A stretch of 64,000 nucleotides of DNA from Octopus vulgaris (lineage: Eukaryota), in contig OX597816.1 in assembly GCA_951406725.2 (NCBI GenBank), forward strand, positions 132,060,001-132,124,000, in the 5' to 3' direction. The position numbers and the translations under genes are program-made. The notes under the pieces were generated by a model. The model saw only the letters and a list, made by a program, of their open reading frames with translations, searched no databases and had not been told where the DNA came from. Every line of letters begins with the position of its first letter. The first letter of the stretch is position 1. Positions 55,106-64,000 of the stretch are shown here, piece after piece.

Positions 55106-55620
55106 GGCGCAGGAGTGGCTGTGTGGTAAGTAGCTTGCACTGGGGTCGCTATAATCGACTTAATCCGTTTGTCTGTCCTTGTTTGTCCTCTCTGTGTTTA
55201 GCCCCTTGTGGGTAGTAAAGAAATGGGTAAGTAGCTTGCTTACGAACCACATAGTTCTCGGTTCAGTCTCACTGCGTGGCACCTTGGGCAAGTGTCTTCT
55301 ACTATAGCCTCGGGCCGACCAAAGCCTTGTGAGTGGATTTGGTAGACGGAAACTGAAAGAAGCCCGTCGTATATATATATATATGTATATGTATGTGTAT
55401 ATGTTTGTGTGTCTGTGTTTGTTTCCCCAACATCGCTTGACAACCGATGCTGGTGTGTTTACGTCCCTGTAACTTAGCGGTTCGGCAAAAAGAGACTGAT
55501 AGAATAAGTACTAGGCTTATTACAAAGAATGAGTTTTGGAGTTGATTTGCTTGACTAAAAAGGTGGTGCTCCAGCATGGCCGCAGTCAGATGACTGAAAC
55601 AAGTAAAAGAGTAAAGAGTA
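55106..55620 (+). mobile_element. Best-preserved SINE family 1 copy (Pol III A/B boxes), carrying an 87-bp SINE-tail insert with a 14-bp TSD
   Basis: ggcgcaggagtggctgtgtggtaag (A box), ggttcagtctc (B box); TSD ggtaagtagcttgc at 55125-55138 and 55226-55239. Other copies at ~5250-5470(-), 40500-40715, 43085-43360(-), 44250-44395(-), 47625-47810(-), 48050-48205(-), 48700-49220, 51390-51540, 56085-56685, 60100-60280(-), 62030-62245, 63075-63610. Confidence 0.92.
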
Positions 55621-56271
55621 TTTAAGAAATTAATTAAAATACATGGACAGTATATTTCATTAGGAATAAGGTCATATAAGAAATAAACAAATGCGTTTAA
55701 CCTTTTACCACTTAAACCAGCCATATCCAGCCCAAAATATTCTGTTTGTGTTCAAACTGGTTAGATCTGGCCTCCCACACCTACCCAACAATGTCATTGT
55801 AAAATTAAGCAATCACATCATTGGAGTCTTGAAGCTACAATTCAAATCAGTGTGAATATATATTGCATTACATTTGGCAGAGTAATCTGAAAGGGTTAAA
55901 ACAAAATGGTGGTGGTGGTGGTGGTGGTTGTAGTCATATTCTAGATTTTACTTACACACAGAAGGCCACATTTGTTTTGGGTAGGAATAGTTGATTAACT
56001 TTACTTCAACTCTTGATTTGTTCTTATTTTATCTACTCCAGGATTTGGTAACATTTAAATTTTCCAAATAATGTGAACATGTCACAGGCATGGCTGTGTG
56101 TTAAGAAGCTTGCTAGCTTGCTCCCCAACCACATAATTCCAGATTCAGTTCCACTGTGTGACACCTTGAGCAAGTGTCTTCTATTGGAGCCTCAGGCTGA
56201 CCAAACAAAGCCTTGTGAGTGTATTTGGTAGACAGAAACTGAAATAAGCCTGTTTATATATATATATATAT

Positions 56272-56493
56272 CTTCTTCTTCTTAATCCTTTTTGCCCCTT
56301 GTGGAGTATAGGGCCTCAACAGTTGTTTTCCACTTTTTGCGGTCATTGGCGTGTTTCTTGGCTGCTTCCCATGTCAGGATGGTGGTCCTGAGCTCGTCCA
56401 AAATGCTCCGCTTCCATGTCTGCTTCGGGCGTCCTCGCTTCCTTTTCCCTTGCGGGTTTCAGTCAAGTGGTTGTCATGAGGGTTCTTTCCGCA
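56272..56493 (-). mobile_element. RTE LINE extreme 3' end with a (GAA)n tail, inserted in a SINE microsatellite
   Basis: NPQGKRKRGRPKQTWKRSILDEL..LTWEAAKKHANDRKKWKTTVEALYS; tail tcttcttcttc on the plus strand. Confidence 0.88.
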
Positions 56494-56789
56494 GTGTGTG
56501 TGTGTCTTTTTTGTCCCCCACATTGCTTGACAATCAGTGTTGGTGTGTTTATGTCCCTATAACTTAGTGGTTCAACAAAAGCGACCAACAGAATAAGGAC
56601 CTGGCTTTAAAAAGAAAAAAAGATCCCCCAAGGTATGGCCACAGTCTAATGACTAAAACAAGTAAAAAATAAAAGAAAAGATAAAAAAATGGTATGGATC
56701 AATTAGGCTTCTGTGGTTACAATCATCACTGATTAAACTTAGCTTATGTAATACTTGTATCCTGTTACTCTTAGAAGTTAATTTCAGTG

Positions 56790-58760
56790 ATATGCACCCT
56801 TTTTGGGGGGTGGGAAGCATAGCCCACAATATTATTTTTTATATTACCATTGACCCACATAATGTTAACTAAATAAAACCAAAAGTCAGTGTTCAAGGAG
56901 AAATTTTATTCAAATTGTATAAAAACCACAACGAATAAAAAAGCTAATACCATAAATAGTATACAGATTCAATAGCTTCCTTATTCCTGTCTTGCACTCA
57001 GGGAGCCCCAACTGATTTTCAGAGACCGATTTAATTTCATTCCTGTACTATTTTCATTAATATTTAGATTGCTTCTCTTCTGGCTGAATATATTGCTGAT
57101 AGCAGAAAAGCCTGCTTCCTTAAACCAAGTGGTTAGAAAAGAAATTATGGCTGAATCCACCAGCTTAAAATTTTTTGGTGTCAGCAATTAACAAAACTCT
57201 ATAACCCTTTCATGTTCAATTTTCCTTAAGTAGTTGGATATATTCTTTCAAATTCAGTAGTTTCTCAACATGGCTTGTAGCTTCTTAAACGAGAGTATTA
57301 TAATGGTATTTTCACATTCAAAATAACTTGAAATCAAATTTTGAAAATCTTTTATTAGCTGCTTATAAGCTTTAAGGAGTCTTATAGTCTAAGCATATAT
57401 GAAAATAAAAGATTAGTCTACTGCAATGTTTTTTTTTTCCAGTTGTCCCTTACTAGTTTCAAAGGCCTTCTAGTTCATGAGTGCTGCCTTTTTTCTGAAT
57501 AAATCATTGAAAAAGCTAAAAAAACTTAGAGAATTTCAGTGGAAATTTGCAAATCCTCATCAAATATTATTTATTGCATTGTTATTTGCAAACTTTTTGA
57601 AAACAACCGAGTTGGTTATTCACAAAATCTCTGATTTTTTTTGAGAAATTTTCAAAAGATGGCATTTTTTCCTTATGTTATTAGATTTAATTCATTAGTT
57701 GTCATTTTTTATTTATATTTGGTCAATTCAGTGATGATTTGAAGTGTAAAATGTTGGTTAGTGCCTTCCACAATTTAAATATTCTATTGAGGTTATTGCC
57801 CTTGGTTAGCTACCATACTTCTGTATGTAACAACAAAGTTTTAAATTCCACATCAATACAAAATTACTTCAAAACATTTTGATTAAAAGAATTAGCTATT
57901 GATAAAATTAATTGCTGAGACCACAACAGAAAGAAGAGCCTTCTTCATAATATCACCAAAATGTTTTGCCTCCAGGTGCTGTCTATTGATAATACTTTGC
58001 ACATGTACAATATTTGGCACAATTTCTTTCATTCTTTTTATAAATATTCTTTCTTTACCAATCATCATACCAGTGCATTCTGAACTAATATGAATAAAAC
58101 TTTTCAGTGGAATGTGCTTATCTCTAGATACTGTTTCACTTAATTGAAGAGGCTCTGTCCCAGTAGTGTCATTTGAGAGACATTTCAAGAGTAGCATATC
58201 TTCATCAAGATTGTTCATATGTTAACAAAATTGCCTGCTTATGAATATTATTTTTGTCAGTTTGCAATGAAAAATTAATATTATTATTATTATTATTATT
58301 GTTATTTGTAAAATCTCAGTTGTTAAAGAGATGTTCAAACATTACATCAGTTTCTCTAGAAAATGGAATTTGTTTCAGAATAGACACAACCTTCCTTCCA
58401 AAAAGTATTTTTACACACTTAAACATTACAAGATTGTGTATGTGTGCAGAAAAATGCTTTTTTACTATATGATCTGAGAGGTACATACTTTAGCAATATA
58501 TTCAAAGACCAACTGATCTCTAAATTTATTTTTCTTAAAATAATCTTTGAATTGTCACTAGAAGTAGGTTTTCTAAAATTTTGATGGATTTAAAAAATTT
58601 GCTAGTCTTCATTTATTTGGTAACCTTGCTCTGCATTCAATACAGACAACCCCACTCCTTCCTTCACATGTTGAAAGCCAAAGCCAAGCTATAGGAAGTC
58701 TCATCCTTGAATTTCCTGTATATTGTCTCTAATTTTTTTTCAATCCTCTAACTGTAGTTA
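56790..58760 (-). mobile_element. Degenerate hAT (Charlie/Buster, SCAND3/ZBED-like) transposase
   Basis: EDMLLLKCLSNDTTG, VHVQSIINRQHLEAK (HC.IHR.HL), LLLHTEVW*LTKG (HTEVRWLSKG), FLTTWFKEAGFS..KRSNL dimerisation region. Confidence 0.85.
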
Positions 58761-59318
58761 AAAGGAAAAAAGTATCAAATTAAAAAAGAGCAAATTAATT
58801 ATATGATTGTGTAAAACTTGTGATCAATATGCATACAACTTTCTGCTGAATTTACAAATGTCAATGTGGCTTACTACAAATGTTGTGTGGCTCTGTGGAA
58901 TAAGTATTGGCATGATAATTATGGAATTGTTAAGATTCTTTCTTATTACCCTCTTGTGGTTTTACATTCTAGAACAAAATGTAATGAATACATATGTGTA
59001 GGCTTTATATATAGTACATTTTTATTGTTAAAAGTAAAGCAATTTACTGTGTTGGTGGTTACTTAAAAAAGATACTTTTGCTATCCCATTTCCAAAACAT
59101 TTTAATCATAGCTAAAGTCATGTTTCATGCTTTTCTATGGTGTTGTTGATAGTGACTATTGACTTTATTATTATTATATTTGTTGTCTGTGTGAGTGAGA
59201 CACACTTCAAGGTCTTTTACCTAAGCTACTGATAATATCTGAAATTTTTATGACTGCAACCATCAAATAATAAGCATGTTCCTTCATAGTTGATCATGAT
59301 CGCTATTTTTATAATAAA

Positions 59319-59319
<1 letters not shown>

Positions 59320-59369
<50 letters not shown>

Positions 59370-59396
59370 TATTATTATTATTATTATTATTATTAT
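59320..59396. repeat. (AAT)n immediately followed by (ATT)n (self-complementary)
   Basis: Directly visible. Confidence 0.9.
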
Positions 59397-60283
59397 AAGA
59401 AAGGCTGAGAGCTGGCAGAATCATTAGCACACCAGGTGAAATGCTTAGTGGGATTTCATCCGTCTACATGTTCTGAGTTCAAATGCTACCGAGGTTGATT
59501 TGGCTTAAATCCTTTCAGGGTCGATAAATTAAGTACCAGTGAAACACTGGGGTCGATGTAATTGACTAGTCACCTCCCTCAAAATTTCAGGCCTTGTGCC
59601 TTTAGTAGAAAGGATTTTTTTTTTTTTTAAATTTTAAACAAAACGAAAAAACAATTTTTAGGAAGGGGATAAGTCAATTAGATCGATCTATGTTCACTGG
59701 TACTTAATTTACCAACCCTGAAAGGATGCCAGGTAAAGTTAACCTCAGAGGAATTTGATCTCAGAACGTAGTGATGGGCGAAATACCACTAAGCATTTCG
59801 TCCAGCATGCTGATGGTTCTGCCAGCTCGCTGCCTTAAATAATAATTATAATAATGATAAAATAATAATAATAATAATAATGATAAATTGTTTTAACATC
59901 CACCATTTGATGCTTGTTTGGGGTTGGATGGAATTTACTGAGGCAAATTTTCTAAGGTTCTTAAAAGCTCTTTCTGTCACCAACCTTCACCATTTTCCAA
60001 GCAAAGTAATTCCCCATAACTGGGCATGTTTTCGTAGAAGACTGGAAACAAGAGACACTGTTTGTATGACAGTGACACTCGTTTACAACTATCATGCCAT
60101 GTCCAGACAAGAAGACACCAACACATAATGTTGGGCTTCTCCCTGTTTCCACCTACCAAATACTAGGCTTTGTTTGGACTGGGGCTATAGTTGAAGACAC
60201 CAAGAATGTTACACAGTGGGATTGAACTTGAAAGCATGGGGTTGGGAAGTAGACGTCTCAACCACACAACTGTATCTGCACCT

Positions 60284-60369
<86 letters not shown>

Positions 60370-63222
60370 GTGTGTGTTTAATAAAACATTTTATTTATTT
60401 ATAATGACATAGTGTTGGCTTCCATGGGTCCCACACAAGCACTCGCAGATGCTATAATGAGGAAAAAGGTTAAAGTAAAAAAGTAGTGATTTATGTGTGC
60501 CATTAAAATGAGATAAAAGAAACCAACTCCAGAAAATGACTGCTGTCATTATGTGCCAGGAAGAAAAGCACATGTTAACAGTGAATTCATCCTGTAAACA
60601 CTACTGAGAGCCAAGCAAGTGAGTCGTAGATAGAGAATGGCTACCTCATAAACAAAGATATTATCTACAGTTGGCCACCATAAGTTGCCTTAAAAATAGG
60701 CAACAATATAAAAAATAGGCAACAATATAAAAAATAAAAATATAAAAAATAAACGATCATTGAAGTTTGAACACTTAAGGATTTACTTCACAATTTTTTC
60801 TAGATTAAATCTCATTTCTAAATTGTGTTATTTTTCAAAAAAAAAATATTGTTGTGTGTGTGTGTGTGTTATTAGGGTAGGATTTCACAAATTAGTAATA
60901 AAAAGCACTGATAAGAAAGAAATTGTTATTATGCTCTATCATGGCTGCAGTCAAATGACTGAAACAAGTAAAAGAATAAAAGAATAAATGTAAGTAGTAC
61001 ATGAAGCAGGTGAAAACAGACTCCAAGTCCTTTTGATTTTTGCTTAATAACTGCTCATTTATTTTGGACTTCTCGTTCTTTCTGCTGTGATATTGGTATA
61101 ATGGTTTAACCCTTTAACATTTAATCTGGCCATATCAGGCCCAAATATTCTACTTGTTTTATGTTTAAATCAACCAGATCCATTCTCTTGTACCTATTCT
61201 CCAATGTCATTCTAGAAATAAAGTCACATTATCAAAATCTCAAAGCTACAAGATAATGCATGGTCAATTCAAAACAAGGTGAATCAATAAGCATTACATT
61301 TGACAGAGTAATCTGAACACTAAAGGGTTAATATTACCTAAAGGTAACTGAAGTATCAGGTCTTATTATTTCAACAAACTTTTTAATAGAAATATAAACA
61401 AAAAAACTGGCACACTGTCAATTACAATGACAAATGTCCTAGTTGTTCTGATCAACAGAACAGTCTGCTCATGAAATTAATCTGCAAGTTGGCTGAACAC
61501 TCTACAGACGTACCTACCCTTATTGTAGTTCTCAAGGAAATTCAGTGTGACTCAGGATATGACAGGGTTGGCCCTTTGAAATACAGGTACTACACATTTT
61601 TGCCAGCTGAGTGGACTGGAGCCATATAAAATAAAGTGTCTTGCTCAAGGATACAACTTAATGCTGGATATCGAACTCACATCCTTATGGTCATGAGTTG
61701 AATACCCTAACCACTAAGCCCATGCACCTTCACAATAGGAAGATAGTGAAACCTGAAATATCAGGCAGAATTGAACCTGTATCATTGACTTCTCCTCCAC
61801 TACTTACTATTATCCTATCTTGGTTAACTTCAAGCTAATTATCTCTTTATTATTATTTTTCATTAGTTTTCTTTTCAGTATGGTTAAGGTGGTGGAGCTG
61901 GTTAGAATCATTAACATGCTAGACAAAATACTTAACAGCATTTCGTTCATTTTTATGTTGTGAGTGAAATATAGTAAACAGAAACTGTGTGAAAGCTTGC
62001 TGCATGTGCATGCATGGGTGTGTGTGTGTGTGTTTGTGCATGTGCACGTGCACGTGTTTGGTGCTCCTTTCACATGACAGCTTGTGTTGATTTGTTTACA
62101 TCCTGTAACTTAGCAATTTTAGTATAAGAGACACATAAATACCAAGCTTAAAAATAAGTAATGGGGGCAATTTGTTAGATTAAAAACTTTTCGATGCAGT
62201 GTTCTTGCATGGCTGCAATCCAGTGACTGAAACAAGTTAAAGACAAATGATGAAAATACTTTTTTTTATCACTTTGGAATAGGCATGTACATCTCAGCAG
62301 TGTTTAGTCCTTTTACTGTATAAATCTGACATTTGATATTCTCTATGACAAATTATTTCTCTTTGTCACAGTGCTGCCCTTTTCCTTCAAGAGAAACAGG
62401 CTGTGTCTGAAATGTTAGAACTTACCCTCTCCACATCAGTCACAAAGTTATCTTGGTATATCAATATTTATCCTTCCTTTCTAAGGTGGCAAGCTGGCAA
62501 AATTGTTTGCCTACTGGGAAAAATGTTTGCAGCATTTCTTCTGGCTTTATGCTCTGAGTTCAAATTCTACTGAGGTTGACTTTACTTTGCATCCTTTCAA
62601 GATCAGTAAAAAAATGTACCAGCTGAGCATTGGGGTTAATGTAACTGATTTAGCCCCTTCCCCGAAATTGCTGGCCGTGTCCCAGAATTTAAAATCAATA
62701 TTTATTCTGCCTTTCTTATTTGTACTGAAATATTCTGTTTTAAAATTTGTTATACCACATAAAAGTTAATATGATACAGAGTGAAGGAAGAGGCACTGCT
62801 CAATCCAGGATTTTTCTAGACTCATGAAATTGAAGTACCCAATTTGAATGCCCCACAGATCAGTCGGTGTCTGCAGGGAAAGCATGGGCTGGTGTTTACT
62901 TGTTTGAAAGCTTGCAACAAAGTTAACTTGTGTTAGGATACCTAAGCAACAAACGATGATGAAATCGTTGTTGCCGCTGCTGCTTTTTAGGCCCACGTCA
63001 GCCCTGATTAAGATCAAAGACATTCCATCTGTAACCAACCTGTTTGATTTTGAGGGTGTGTCTAGGACCACATTAGGGGCTGTGTGGTAAGAAGGTTTCT
63101 TCCCAACCATATGATTCTGGGTTCAGTCCCACTGTGTGACGCCTTTGGCATATGCCTTCTACTATAGCTTCAAGCTGATCAGTCTTGTAAATGGATTTAG
63201 TGGATGGATACTAAAAGAAGCT

Positions 63223-63227
<5 letters not shown>

Positions 63228-63302
<75 letters not shown>

Positions 63303-63402
63303 ATATGTATGTGTGTGTGTGTGTGTGTGTGTGTGCATATGTATGTGTGTGTGTGTGTGTGTGTGTGCATATGTATGTGTGTGTGTATGTATATGTGTGT
63401 GT
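63228..63402. repeat. (TA)n(TG)n expansion inside a SINE family 1 copy
   Basis: Directly visible; SINE halves on both sides. Confidence 0.9.
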
Positions 63403-64000
63403 CTTTATCTCCCATCACCACTTGACATTTTGTGTTGGTTTGTTTATGTCCATGTAGCTCAGCTGTAACTTAGCGGTTTGGCATAAAAGACCAATAGAAT
63501 AAATACCAGGCTTAAAAAATAATTCCAGGGGTCAATTCGTTTGATAAAAACCCTTCGAGGCCAGTACCCCAGCATGACTGCACTCAAATGACTGAAACTA
63601 GTAAAAGATAAAGTGCCTTTTCCGTTTTCCTTTTTTTTTTAAACAGTAAGTTGTGATTTGAGGGAAATTTAGGCATCAGATTTCTAGCAGGTCAAGTGAT
63701 CATATAGAGGTTCCCTTGTCTCATGTTAAAGCAATGGTATTGTTAGGCATGTCACGCAAGCACAAACGTTCCTTTTAGTTAAGACCATCTCCTTGTTTGG
63801 AAGAAATTTTCGAGTCCCATGCAATTTCCTCTGATGTTACTGTTGAATTATTTCATTTCCTCTTGTTGCTATTGATGTTTTTAGTTTTGTTTGCGCCTTT
63901 TTTTACAGTTGTAAATTTCATTTTTTTTTTCTCCCTTCCTTTTTTTCCCGTCTCATTTGACGTTAGAAACCAATCCTTCTTAGTAATACTTATCGTACTG

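Noticed and set aside
55106-55280. tRNA gene
   Set aside because: A/B boxes are present, but the sequence continues into the SINE body and cannot form a full cloverleaf.

Overview
This is AT-rich, repeat-saturated eukaryotic DNA. The SINE families and the extreme (TA)n/(CA)n/(TATG)n load point to an octopus-type (coleoid cephalopod) genome, which is an inference. No intact, nameable host gene is visible, and most entries in the ORF track are microsatellite artefacts. Recognisable coding remnants are all transposon-derived: a CR1-type LINE, several RTE and Rex/Babar LINE fragments, a Mag-like Ty3/gypsy element with one LTR and a PBS, a degenerate Penelope-like (GIY-YIG) element, two Tc1/mariner transposases and a hAT Charlie/Buster transposase. 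Non-coding repeats include non-autonomous Helitrons, piggyBac-type and hAT MITEs, foldback hairpins and dozens of tRNA-derived SINEs. A CpG-retaining island (~25.5-34.8 kb) sits between two CpG-depleted domains and probably marks a (divergent?) promoter, with weak candidate exons on each side. The most interesting signals are (i) several hammerhead-ribozyme-like motifs in microsatellite-associated Penelope-like or retrozyme-like ends, two with unusually long stem II inserts, (ii) a LINE/SINE shared 3' end whose hairpin shows compensatory changes, (iii) a SINE head amplified into a two-level tandem array and (iv) SINE-internal microsatellites acting as insertion landing pads. All coordinates were read by eye and repeat boundaries are approximate.
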